Shown here: piece after piece, positions 10,398 to 19,961 of the stretch
Numbering within the stretch: the first letter of the stretch is position 1
Layout: every line of letters begins with the position of its first letter
Notes under the pieces: model-generated
The model's database searches: none
Seen by the model: the letters and a program-made list of their open reading frames with translations, nothing else
What the model was told of the DNA's origin: nothing
NCBI GenBank assembly: GCA_012719355.1
Contig: JAAYAM010000077.1
Coordinates: 25,383-89,382, forward strand
Length of the DNA stretch: 64,000 nt
Direction of reading: 5' to 3'
DNA from: Acidobacteriota bacterium
GTDB taxonomy: Bacteria > Acidobacteriota > UBA6911
Program-made: the position numbers and the translations under genes

Positions 10398-11066
10398 ATG
10401 GTAGACAGGATATCAGAAGAAATCGCCGAAGTGCTCGAAGCCGTCTGGACCCTGGAAGAAGAAGATACGGCGACGATCAGGAATGTGGCCGACAATGCCC
10501 CGGTTGAGGTTTCCAAAGACCTCATTGCTCGGCTCAGCAGCGAGGGGCTTATCATGGTGGACGAACAGGAGCATGTACATCTGCTTCCCAAGGGGCGCCT
10601 GCTTGCAGAGAAGATCATACGGCGCCACAGGCTGGCCGAGAGGCTGATCTGCGATGTACTCGGCGCCAGGGTGGAAGACAGCGAAGCGGCTGCGTGCGAG
10701 TATGAACATGTTCTGGCGGAAGGAATAACGAACTCGATTTGCACCCTGCTCGGCCATCCGCGCTTCTGCCCGCACAACAAGCCTATTCCGGAAGGAGACT
10801 GCTGCCGGAGTGCACGTGATGAAGTCGAACCGATTGTGGTCTCGTGCGATCAGCTGCGCGTCGGAGAATCCGCGCGCGTCGCCTACTTCAGCGCCAGGGA
10901 GCACTCCCGTCTGCTGAAGCTGTCGGCGCTCGGGATTTCACCGGGAATCACGATCAAGCTTATCCAGAAATGGCCTGCCTATGTGGTGCAGTGCGAGGAA
11001 ACCGAGATAGCGCTGGAACCCGAGGTGGCACACAACATATACGTCTGGCGCACACCCGCAGAGTAA
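10398..11066 (+). CDS. DtxR/IdeR-family metal-dependent transcriptional repressor (wHTH + dimerisation + C-terminal SH3/FeoA-like domain)
   Basis: RRHRLAERLICDVLG...EAAACEYEHVL metal-site region and C-terminal SH3-like ISPGITIKLIQ. Starts 8 nt after the feoB stop, so likely co-transcribed. Confidence 0.8.
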   Translation: MVDRISEEIAEVLEAVWTLEEEDTATIRNVADNAPVEVSKDLIARLSSEGLIMVDEQEHVHLLPKGRLLAEKIIRRHRLAERLICDVLGARVEDSEAAACEYEHVLAEGITNSICTLLGHPRFCPHNKPIPEGDCCRSARDEVEPIVVSCDQLRVGESARVAYFSAREHSRLLKLSALGISPGITIKLIQKWPAYVVQCEETEIALEPEVAHNIYVWRTPAE

Positions 11067-11093
11067 CGAACCCCGTCTCTCTCCCGGACCATG

Positions 11094-13391
11094 CTACAGC
11101 TTGACGTTGCGCAACCGGAGGGCGTTTGTAATGACCGACACCGAACTGAAAGTCATGGCGGCGCTCGCGATCATCGGATTCAGAAGGAGATCCGGGTTCA
11201 CAGGGTAGAGCACTCCGGCTGCGATCGGCACGCCGAGAATGTTGTACACGAAAGCGAAGAAGAGGTTCTGCCGTATATTGCGCATCGTATGACGGCTGAG
11301 CTTCCTCGCGCGCACGACTCCACGCAGGTCGCCTTTTACCAGCGTGATTCCGGAACTCTGGATCGCAATGTCGGTCCCGCTCCCCATCGCGATGCCGACA
11401 TCGGCCTGAGCCAGCGCCGGCGCATCATTGATTCCATCGCCCGCCATCGCTACGATCCTGCCCTGGGCCTGCAGCTGCTTGAGCGCCTCTCCTTTACGCG
11501 CAGGAGAAACCTCCGCCTCTATCTCCTCGATGCCGAGCTGGTGACCAACGATCTCGGCAGTGGTTCTGTTGTCCCCGGTAAGCATAACGACCCGTATCCC
11601 CCGGCGGTGTAGCTCTGCGACCGCTGATTTCGCCGATTCCTTGATCGGATCCGAAACCGCGATCGCTCCCACGGGAGAAAGATCGACAACAACAAAGACA
11701 ACCGTCTGTCCCTTGCGACGCATCTCGTCGGCAGTTCGACCAAGATTCCCGGCGTCGACAGTCAGCTGGTCCAGAAACGCCCTGTTGCCGATAGCAACCG
11801 AATGGCCGTCGACGGTTCCCAGAATGCCCTTGCCCGTTATCGAGCGAAATTCGCTTACTCCCGACAGCTGAAGCCCACGGTCCCGGGCGGCAGCCACGAT
11901 CGATTCGGCAAGAGGATGCTCGCTCCCCTGTTCCAGGCTCGCGCTGAGGCGCAGCAATTCAGATTCAGTCCATCTCCCTTCCGATACTATTTCCGTGACC
12001 TGCGGCTTCCCCTCGGTTAGAGTGCCCGTCTTATCAACGACCAGAGTATCGATCTTTTCGAACACCTCCAGAGCTTCGGCATTCTTGATCAGTACTCCTG
12101 CTCCGGCCCCGCGTCCGGTTCCTACCATGATCGACATCGGAGTGGCCAATCCGAGGGCGCACGGGCACGCGATAATCAGAACCGCAACCGCATTGACGAG
12201 CGCATAAACCAGCCTGGGTTCAGGTCCGACGAGAGACCAGACAATGAACGTCGTCACCGCAACCAGGATGACTATCGGGACAAAATAGGAGGCGACCTTG
12301 TCGGCGAGCCGCTGAATGGGGGCGCGGCTCCGCTGAGCTTCACTAACCATCCGGACTATCTGGGCCAGGAGCGTATCGCTTCCAACCTTCTCAGCCTTCA
12401 TGATGAAGGTGCCGTTCCCATTGACGGTTCCTCCGGTGACAATCGCTCCTTTGGTCTTCCCTACCGGCAGCGGCTCTCCCGTCACCATGGATTCGTCGAT
12501 CGAACTTTCGCCTTCAAGAATCACACCATCAACCGGGATTTTCTCGCCCGGCCGCACCCTCAACAGATCGCCGGGTGAGACCTCCTCGAGCGGAACATCC
12601 CTTTCCGATCCGTGTCCTTCCACGAGCCTTGCCGTTTTGGGAGCCAGTCCCAGCAGCTCCCGCAAGGCGTCGCTTGTCCTGCTGCGCGCCCGCAGTTCAA
12701 GCACCTGGCCGAGAAGAACAAGCGTCGTAATCACCGCCGCGGCCTCAAAGTACACTTCCGGAGTTCCATGATGGCCAATGAACGAATCAGGAAGGAGATC
12801 TGGAAACAAAGTCGCGTAGACACTGTAGATGTATGCTGTGCCGGTCCCTATCGCGATCAGGGTAAACATGTTGAGATTGCGGTTCACAATTGAAGCCCAG
12901 CCCCGTTCAAAAAAAGGCTTGCCTCCCCAAAGGACGACCGGCGTCGCCAGAAACAGCTGAATCCACAGGCCCCATTTGAGCGTGGAGCCAGTAAGCATCT
13001 CACCCATTGCAATCAGGAGAACCGGCGAAGTCAGCGCCAGGCTGATCCAGAACCTGCGCCGCATATCAATGAGTTCGGGGTTTTCTTCATCAACCAGGCC
13101 TGCGGTTTCCGGTTCGAGAGCCATGCCGCAGATCGGACACGACCCGGGTCTGTCGCGCACGATTTCCGGATGCATCGGACAGGTATAGCGCTGACCTTCG
13201 CGCGGAGGCCCCAGGGGTGCGGCTGCAGGTTTCAGGTATTTTTCCGGATCCGCCCGGAACCGCTCAAGGCAGGATGGATTGCAGAAATAGAATGTCTCGT
13301 CTTTGTAATTGTAGCTCCCCGCGGCATCTTCCGGGGCGAACTGCATCCCGCAAACAGGATCTTTCACGGTAACTTCGGTTTTGTCGGCCAT
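11094..13391 (-). CDS. copA: copper-translocating P1B-type ATPase with N-terminal YHS/TRASH metal-binding domain
   Basis: N-terminal VCGMQFAPE...[12 protein letters not shown] (TRASH/YHS), CPC motif in TM6 ([13 protein letters not shown]), DKTGTLT phosphorylation site, [10 protein letters not shown] hinge. Confidence 0.85.
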   Translation of the reverse strand: MADKTEVTVKDPVCGMQFAPEDAAGSYNYKDETFYFCNPSCLERFRADPEKYLKPAAAPLGPPREGQRYTCPMHPEIVRDRPGSCPICGMALEPETAGLVDEENPELIDMRRRFWISLALTSPVLLIAMGEMLTGSTLKWGLWIQLFLATPVVLWGGKPFFERGWASIVNRNLNMFTLIAIGTGTAYIYSVYATLFPDLLPDSFIGHHGTPEVYFEAAAVITTLVLLGQVLELRARSRTSDALRELLGLAPKTARLVEGHGSERDVPLEEVSPGDLLRVRPGEKIPVDGVILEGESSIDESMVTGEPLPVGKTKGAIVTGGTVNGNGTFIMKAEKVGSDTLLAQIVRMVSEAQRSRAPIQRLADKVASYFVPIVILVAVTTFIVWSLVGPEPRLVYALVNAVAVLIIACPCALGLATPMSIMVGTGRGAGAGVLIKNAEALEVFEKIDTLVVDKTGTLTEGKPQVTEIVSEGRWTESELLRLSASLEQGSEHPLAESIVAAARDRGLQLSGVSEFRSITGKGILGTVDGHSVAIGNRAFLDQLTVDAGNLGRTADEMRRKGQTVVFVVVDLSPVGAIAVSDPIKESAKSAVAELHRRGIRVVMLTGDNRTTAEIVGHQLGIEEIEAEVSPARKGEALKQLQAQGRIVAMAGDGINDAPALAQADVGIAMGSGTDIAIQSSGITLVKGDLRGVVRARKLSRHTMRNIRQNLFFAFVYNILGVPIAAGVLYPVNPDLLLNPMIASAAMTFSSVSVITNALRLRNVKL

Positions 13392-13456
13392 ACCGTGATT
13401 ATAAGGAGCGTACGGCGAATTTCACAGCCTTGGAAATGCCGTGGCGATTTTCCTGC

Positions 13457-14617
13457 TCATGGAATCGCCGCGCCGAAGAAATCTGTCCTTTTCGCGCCCG
13501 CACCGTACTCCTGCCGGATTGTCTCCCATTCCTGTACGGGAATCTTGACGAACTCCCCAACGATGCGGGGATCGAGCTGACTCCCTGACATCCGGGTGAT
13601 CTCGCTTAAGGCCGAGTCGAGGCTTACAGAGGCAAGGTCATCAAGCGCATCGGCGACGGCAAAGACACGTGCTCCAAGATTGATCCGGTCACCGCTAAGT
13701 CCCTGCGGATAGCCCTCGCCGTCGTAGCGTTCATGATGGTGGTATACGAGTTCCGCAGCCTCCTTCAGGAACTTGATGCTGGACAGAATGCGGTACCCTA
13801 TCTCCGGGTGGCGTCGCATCAGGACCGATTCCCGTTCAGTGAGATTTCCCCTTTTCTTGAGGAGTTCGTCCGGAATCCCGATCTTCCCGATGTCGTGCAG
13901 CAGCACCCCCTGCTCGATGACCCTGATCTGCTGTCCTCCCAAACCAAGGCTTTCCGCGATGCGTTTCGCGTATACCGTCACCCTGAGGGAATGTCCGTCG
14001 GAACCCGCATCACGACTGTCCAAAGCCCTGCTCAGGGCCACAAGGGTTGAGTGATAGGTGTGATGAAGCACTCTGAGGGCTTCCTGCAGCTGGCTGGTAC
14101 GGCTGGCGACCTGCTCTTCAAGGGCCACCTGATACTTTCGGTTCTCCAGCAGCAGTCTCCGCTTTTCGAGAGCCCGCGCTACGCTGATCGATACCTCTTC
14201 GAGGCTGAACGGCTTGGTGATGTAATCATATGCTCCGTCCTTGAGCGCATCGACGGCAACTTCGACGTTTATGACCGAAGTGATCAGAATGATCGCAGTA
14301 TCAGGGGCGACTTCAGCGATCTCTCTGACGGACTTGAAACCGCCGCTGCCCGGCACCACAAGATCGGTAATGACGAGATCGAACTTTTCGTCCGCCAGCA
14401 GCCTCGTGGCCGTATCGGGGTCGGGGCAGCACCTGCAGACGTATCCCAGGCTCGACAGTTTGCGCGCAAGGATCTCCCGGGTGACTGTTTCCTCTTCCAC
14501 CACAAGAACTTGTGAAGGATGAAGAAACGGGCCGACCGAAGACTCTGCCGTCTGGATGGAGGCCGCATCGGCAAATGGCAACACCGTTGATTCCCTTCTC
14601 CTGTTTCTCAGGTCCAA
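13457..14617 (-). CDS. response regulator with HD-GYP c-di-GMP phosphodiesterase output domain
   Basis: REC domain (VLVVEEE...DLVITDLVVPG...YDYITKPF) followed by an HD domain with HHERYDGEGYP (HD-GYP signature). Confidence 0.8.
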   Translation of the reverse strand: MDLRNRRRESTVLPFADAASIQTAESSVGPFLHPSQVLVVEEETVTREILARKLSSLGYVCRCCPDPDTATRLLADEKFDLVITDLVVPGSGGFKSVREIAEVAPDTAIILITSVINVEVAVDALKDGAYDYITKPFSLEEVSISVARALEKRRLLLENRKYQVALEEQVASRTSQLQEALRVLHHTYHSTLVALSRALDSRDAGSDGHSLRVTVYAKRIAESLGLGGQQIRVIEQGVLLHDIGKIGIPDELLKKRGNLTERESVLMRRHPEIGYRILSSIKFLKEAAELVYHHHERYDGEGYPQGLSGDRINLGARVFAVADALDDLASVSLDSALSEITRMSGSQLDPRIVGEFVKIPVQEWETIRQEYGAGAKRTDFFGAAIP

Positions 14618-14756
14618 GAATCCTTATCGGCCTGTCTGAGAGAAGCATTCCACCGAAACGAACTTTTCACATTTCAATTGTTGTCCTTGAAGGGTTTTGA
14701 TATAAACGCAGCATCCGGCGGAAGAATGATTTTTTCCCAGTAAAGGAGATACGGAC

Positions 14757-15752
14757 ATGACTTCCCCATCGTATTCTTACATTTCAAAGACCCTCCTTGG
14801 CCTTTTGCTGGTAGGGCTGCTGCTGTCACCGGTGCTGATTGGGGCACAGGAACAGGATTACACGGACGAGGAGTACAAGGTCTATCAGAGCATCCAGGCG
14901 GAAACGGATCCTGTCAAAAAGACGGACATGGTCATCAGTTTCCTGAAGCAGACCAAATCGTCGCTCCGCAAGTATGCTTCCTCGGAGTTTCACCAGGTAA
15001 TCGTCAAGCTGCAGGGTGAAGAGAATTGGAACCAGATTATCTCGCTCTGCGACAAATATCTGGCAGTTGCCCAGAATGACCAGATCACGATCAACGCCAT
15101 GACTGCCGCATATTCCGCGACCAATAACGTCAAGGGATTTGTGGCTTTCGGGGAAAAGACATACGCGGCAAATCCGAGTCCGGAACTTGCCTACGCGCTG
15201 GCCAAGTCGTATCTGTCATTGAACAACGAAGCCAAGTTCCTTCAGTGGGGAGACCGGACGCTCGCCGGCAATTCGAGAAATGTGGAAATCCTGTTTGAAA
15301 TGATTCGGCGCAACATGGTGAACCAGAATATGCCGCAGGCGCTGAAATATGCCAGGATGGCCATCAAGTCTGTGCCGAAGGCGAAAAAGCCGGAAGACGC
15401 AACTGAAGATTCCTGGAAGAGCCTGGTCAACAACACGTACGCCACCGCGTATGCTGTCATCGGTTCCGACGCCTATCAGAACAGGAACTACCCGGAAGCG
15501 ATCACCAACCTGAACAATTCGGTGAAATACTTCAAGAGAAACGATAATGCGTATTATCATCTCGGGCTCTGCTACTGGCAGCAGAACAAGCTGGAACCCG
15601 CGATGCTCAATTTCGCCAAGGCATATATTTTGAAGGGCCCCACCTCTGGTCTAGCGAAGAAGTACCTGGACCAGCTCTGGTCATCGAGCCACCGGGGTTC
15701 ATTGGCCGGGATGGAAAGACTCCTCGCCAGAGCAGAGCAGGATTTCAAATAG
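14757..15752 (+). CDS. secreted TPR-like repeat protein, unknown function (paralog of 35721-36791)
   Basis: Signal peptide LLGLLLVGLLLSPVLIGAQE; helical repeat composition. Clear similarity in length and sequence to the ORF at 35721 (see findings). Confidence 0.6.
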   Translation: MTSPSYSYISKTLLGLLLVGLLLSPVLIGAQEQDYTDEEYKVYQSIQAETDPVKKTDMVISFLKQTKSSLRKYASSEFHQVIVKLQGEENWNQIISLCDKYLAVAQNDQITINAMTAAYSATNNVKGFVAFGEKTYAANPSPELAYALAKSYLSLNNEAKFLQWGDRTLAGNSRNVEILFEMIRRNMVNQNMPQALKYARMAIKSVPKAKKPEDATEDSWKSLVNNTYATAYAVIGSDAYQNRNYPEAITNLNNSVKYFKRNDNAYYHLGLCYWQQNKLEPAMLNFAKAYILKGPTSGLAKKYLDQLWSSSHRGSLAGMERLLARAEQDFK

Positions 15753-15771
15753 AAAGAACTGAAGAATCTCA

Positions 15772-15826
15772 TAAAAAAGCCACAGTGTTGCGGCTGCGAG
15801 CCGTCGATGCTGTGGCTTTTCTGTTT
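15772..15826. terminator. bidirectional intrinsic terminator between convergent genes
   Basis: aaaaaAGCCACAG-(23 nt loop)-CTGTGGCTtttctgttt: 8-bp perfect stem flanked by an A-tract and a T-tract, read directly. Confidence 0.55.
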
Positions 15827-15828
15827 CC

Positions 15829-17916
15829 CTACCTCACAACCTCGAGCGCACGCTCGGTCGCGGCGATCAGGGCCTCCGGGCCCACAGGAGATCCTGTAGC
15901 CCCTTTCATCCACAGATCGGGAGTGATACGTCCCTGGCGTGAGACGCGTTCGAATTCAGGTCCGATCTTCCCCTTTTTGTTCATGTGCTCTTCAAGCTGG
16001 AAGGCGATCATATGTCCGATCGGATAATCGGGCAGGTACAGGAACGCGTCGATCATGTGCGAATAGATTCCGAGCAGAACGACATCCTTCTTGTGGAACA
16101 CCGGCGCGAAGAATTTGTTCCAGACATCCTTTGATATTTCCATGACCGCGTTGCGCAACTGCTCGGGCGTGGCGTCCGGATGCTCGTACATCCAGTGCCA
16201 CACACGCATATCCACGAGACTGACTCCGCATATCTCGTACGTGGCCCAGAAATCGTTAAGTGTCTTGAGAGCCTCCGCCTGCTCATCGGGAGAATGAAGG
16301 TCGAGCAGCTGCAGATCGCGTCCCTGGAAAACGAACGCCAGCGCCTCGGTGAAAGCCGTGTTGGGCACGCCATTGAGCAGATAGTAGTCGATTGCATTGA
16401 GAGAAAACGTCTGTTCAACATTGTGCCCGAGTTCATGTATGGCGATGTTGAACCCTTTATAGTTCATTCCCTCCTTGCCGACCCTGGTACGCAGGTGAGC
16501 CTTCGCTTCCCTCATCGCGGCCCCCATCGCGTGGCCTGAACCGCGAGCGGGATCGACCACGATGTTCTGCGCCACGAATTTCGCCCGTTCCGGTGCGAAC
16601 CCGAGTTTCATCAGCAGCACGGGTATCGCCTCCTCGAAGGCACCGGCCGTCGGAAACCGCTTGCGGACGATCGTATCGAGTTCCGACTCGGAGTGCTTCA
16701 TCCCGGGACGGAACCCGTTATACCAGATGTCGAAGGGTTCCAGAGGGCGCCCAAGTCTCTTCTGAATCAGCGCAGCCACCCGCGGCACAAGCGGCGATGA
16801 AAGCACCTGCTCGAACATCTCCCGCACTCTTTCCTCGGGTATCTGCCGGTCTTCGTTGAAGCGTCGTGCAATCAGGCTGGGAGCATCAGGTGAGTAGGGA
16901 TCGGCCTTTTTCGAAGCCTTGAACACTTCCAGCAGGTGGCTGTATCGGGTATCGGGCTCGCGTGTGTTGACCGCTTCCCGCGGGCCTGGTGAAAAGTCCG
17001 CATCCTTGACGGCGGCTGGTTTGATTTCGTTCGTATAGGGATTCCAGTCAAGCTGCGGATTGTCAATCACTGCCGCGGGTATGGTCTGGCTGACAATATG
17101 CTCCATGACTTTCTGGATCATCCGCTGCCTGAACAATCCGTTTTTCGGATCCTGGTAGTTTGCCTTGATCTCATCCCGGAGATTCCAGTGGGACAGGAGA
17201 CGCATTTTAGGAGGAAAGATGCGGCGCCCCTGCTCGTCAATCAAATGGTGCATCCAGATGTTGTATTCCGAGATATACTGGCCGGAATCGGCGGCGGCTT
17301 TCGATATGGCCAGATTGACTTCCGCCGGGACGCGTTTGGAGAAGTACTCTGCCAGCCGCGTCTCTGCCCACTCCCTGCGGCTCCATTTATCTCCTTCGGC
17401 GAGGCGTTCCTCGAGCGTTGTCAGAGGGAAGTTGAGCAGCACGACGAATGCCAGTTTGTTCTTGAAGAAATCGTCGAGCAGATGGGCGGAGGGATCATAG
17501 GCAGCAAAAATCTCGTCGTACGGCTCGATCGGGCCAAGATCGAGATCGGTCTGTTGGCGGAATTCCCTGCTGATCTCGGACATGTGGCCGACCGCCTGCT
17601 CGATCAGGCGCTGGAACCGATCAAACATCGTATCGAGGGCGGCCTGATCGCCCGCAAAATTCCTCCTGACGAATTCCTCGAAAACCTCCCGGTCGCCGTC
17701 AGAAGCGCGCCAGAACCTGGCCGCCTGTTTCAAGCCGCGCTGCACGCGCGGCCGCTGCGACTCCCCATACTTTGCGACCAGCTCCTGTTCGAGTTTAGCG
17801 GTCGCAGGCTCTATCCAGTCGGTGCTTTCATTGGACGTGTTCATCTGTGGCTCCCTGGAACACGAAGGGACGAAGGCAACCAGTACGCTCATGAGAACAA
17901 CCGTTGGAATCCGCAT
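15829..17916 (-). CDS. lipoprotein, putative zinc metallopeptidase (HExxH)
   Basis: Lipobox after internal Met (MRIPTVVLMSVLVAFVPSCS); single HELGHN zinc-binding motif. Large (about 695 aa) with no close match to a named family that I can recognise by eye. Confidence 0.6.
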   Translation of the reverse strand: MRIPTVVLMSVLVAFVPSCSREPQMNTSNESTDWIEPATAKLEQELVAKYGESQRPRVQRGLKQAARFWRASDGDREVFEEFVRRNFAGDQAALDTMFDRFQRLIEQAVGHMSEISREFRQQTDLDLGPIEPYDEIFAAYDPSAHLLDDFFKNKLAFVVLLNFPLTTLEERLAEGDKWSRREWAETRLAEYFSKRVPAEVNLAISKAAADSGQYISEYNIWMHHLIDEQGRRIFPPKMRLLSHWNLRDEIKANYQDPKNGLFRQRMIQKVMEHIVSQTIPAAVIDNPQLDWNPYTNEIKPAAVKDADFSPGPREAVNTREPDTRYSHLLEVFKASKKADPYSPDAPSLIARRFNEDRQIPEERVREMFEQVLSSPLVPRVAALIQKRLGRPLEPFDIWYNGFRPGMKHSESELDTIVRKRFPTAGAFEEAIPVLLMKLGFAPERAKFVAQNIVVDPARGSGHAMGAAMREAKAHLRTRVGKEGMNYKGFNIAIHELGHNVEQTFSLNAIDYYLLNGVPNTAFTEALAFVFQGRDLQLLDLHSPDEQAEALKTLNDFWATYEICGVSLVDMRVWHWMYEHPDATPEQLRNAVMEISKDVWNKFFAPVFHKKDVVLLGIYSHMIDAFLYLPDYPIGHMIAFQLEEHMNKKGKIGPEFERVSRQGRITPDLWMKGATGSPVGPEALIAATERALEVVR

Positions 17917-17960
17917 TGTTTTCCTCCGCCCGTAAAGATACCAGATGCAAGGCTTTGAGT

Positions 17961-19862
17961 TCAAAAACGAGGACGCGCGAGCTCGACCGGTGTGTCCCGG
18001 CGGGGATCGACGATCCCCGACTCGAGCCAGTCATACTCTCCCCGGAGCACTTCGTCGGCAAGTTCGCGGGTGTGCCCGTCGGAATTGTGAAATACCTCAC
18101 GGAACAACCTCGCGACTCTATGGCGGGCCAGTCTGCAAAAATGGTCTGCAAGCCGTGTGGCATTTGCGTCCGCCCCTTTGCGGACCAGCATGTTTGCGCG
18201 GACGCACGCCGCGGTCATGGCAAAAAGCTCTCCTCCGATATCGACGAGGCGGAAAAGCACCTTCTGGCGCCGCTCGAGCTTCGGCCCGTAACGAAGCATC
18301 GCATAGAACAGCATGCGCGCGAGCTTCCGGCAGGAACGTTCGACGAAACGGATATGGGCCGCCAGGGATCCGAATGATTTGAAACCGGATAAGCCGCCAA
18401 TGCACAGGCGCGGATACCACGATGCATAGAACAGCGCCGCCCGCATCAGGGATCGCAGCTTTGCCGCGGAAGAAGCATTCGGGTTCATCAGGGCTCCGGT
18501 CAGCTGGACATGAAAGTCGACAGCTTCCCGCGCCAGGAAAAGGCGCATGATTTCGCTTGATCCCTCGAAGATCAGGTTGACGCGGTAATCGCGCATCATC
18601 CTCTCGACTGCTATCGGCTCCTCTCCCCGCGCCGCCAGAGATGACGCTGCTTCGTACCCTCTCCCGCCGCGTATCTGCATCGTATCGTCCACGATGCGCC
18701 AGCCGGCCTCGGTGTTGTAAAGCTTTGCCAGCGCCGCTTCGAGCCGTATATCGCAATTCCCTTTGTCGGACATGATCGCACAGAGTTCGGCGATCGCTTC
18801 CATCGCGAATGTGGTCGATGCCATGCGCCCGATCTTTTCCGCGACCGCCTCGTGCCTGCCGATCGGCGAGCCCCACTGGACGCGCTCGTTGGCCCAACGG
18901 CGGCAGATCTGAAGAGCCGATTTCGCGATGCCGGCCGCGCTTGCGGGGAGCGTGAGCCTGCCGGTATTGAGCGTGATAAGCGCCAGCTTCAGTCCGGCCC
19001 CTTCTTTCCAGAGAATGTTTTCACGGGGGACGCGGACGTTGTTGAATCTGATTACGCCGTTCTCGAGAGCCCGCAGCCCCATGAACCTGCACCGGCGGAC
19101 AATCTCCACGCCGGGCCAGTTCACTTCAACAATAAAAGCGGTGATCTGCTTCTTCTCTTTCCCGTTCACGAATCTGGACGGAGTACGGGCCATCACCACC
19201 AGCAGTTCCGCCCGAGTGCCGTTCGTGCACCAGAGTTTTTCGCCGTTGAGGATGAACGCGGTGCCGTCATCTGTGGGGACGGCGCTTGTCCTGATGCTGG
19301 CGGGATCTGATCCGACATGGAATTCCGTCAGGGCAAATGCCGAAATGGCTCCCCTTGCCAGCCGGGGAAAGTACTTCTGTTTCTGTTCCTCAGTTCCGAA
19401 AAGCTTCAGCGGCTGCGGTACTCCGATGGACTGGTGAGCCGAAATCAGCGCCGCGATGTTCGCATCCTTGCTGCTGATCAGATGATTCGCCCTGTTGTAG
19501 GTAACCTGCGAGAATCCCAGTCCGCCGTACTCCTTCGGTATCTTGATGCCGAAGGCGCCCATGCGTCTGAGTTCATCCACCACTTCGTCGGGGATCCTTC
19601 CGTTCCGGTCGATTGCGTCGCTGTCGACGCGTTCCATGAAACGCGTCAGGCGGTCAAGGAATTCCTTTGCTTCCGGTTCTTCATCAGGATCCAATTCGGG
19701 ATGCGGATGTATGAGACCTAGGTTGAATCTGCCTAGAAACAGGTCTCTCAGGAAACTCGGACGCGCCCAGACGGATTCGCGTGCGGATTCGGCGATCTCC
19801 CGCGATTCGTTCTTTTCCACCCCTCTCTCCCCTGATGCGGGCCACACCCGAGTGGCACACAA
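17961..19862 (-). CDS. acyl-CoA dehydrogenase (long form with C-terminal extension)
   Basis: ACAD N/M/C domains (GSDPASIRTSA, catalytic IFEGSSEIMRLFLAREA) in a 633 aa protein. Confidence 0.85.
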   Translation of the reverse strand: MCATRVWPASGERGVEKNESREIAESARESVWARPSFLRDLFLGRFNLGLIHPHPELDPDEEPEAKEFLDRLTRFMERVDSDAIDRNGRIPDEVVDELRRMGAFGIKIPKEYGGLGFSQVTYNRANHLISSKDANIAALISAHQSIGVPQPLKLFGTEEQKQKYFPRLARGAISAFALTEFHVGSDPASIRTSAVPTDDGTAFILNGEKLWCTNGTRAELLVVMARTPSRFVNGKEKKQITAFIVEVNWPGVEIVRRCRFMGLRALENGVIRFNNVRVPRENILWKEGAGLKLALITLNTGRLTLPASAAGIAKSALQICRRWANERVQWGSPIGRHEAVAEKIGRMASTTFAMEAIAELCAIMSDKGNCDIRLEAALAKLYNTEAGWRIVDDTMQIRGGRGYEAASSLAARGEEPIAVERMMRDYRVNLIFEGSSEIMRLFLAREAVDFHVQLTGALMNPNASSAAKLRSLMRAALFYASWYPRLCIGGLSGFKSFGSLAAHIRFVERSCRKLARMLFYAMLRYGPKLERRQKVLFRLVDIGGELFAMTAACVRANMLVRKGADANATRLADHFCRLARHRVARLFREVFHNSDGHTRELADEVLRGEYDWLESGIVDPRRDTPVELARPRF

Positions 19863-19961
19863 CCATTTTAGCAGCCGCCATAGGGCTGTGTAATCGGGAC
19901 GCCGGTGATTTGTGTTTTCCGGATTTCTGGATTACGTTTCTTATCAGGAACGGGAGGAGCC

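Noticed and set aside
10398-11066. Apparent DtxR-FeoA fusion right after feoB (a possible novel regulator/transport fusion)
   Set aside because: Full-length DtxR/IdeR repressors normally carry a C-terminal SH3-like domain that is homologous to FeoA. The architecture is therefore ordinary.
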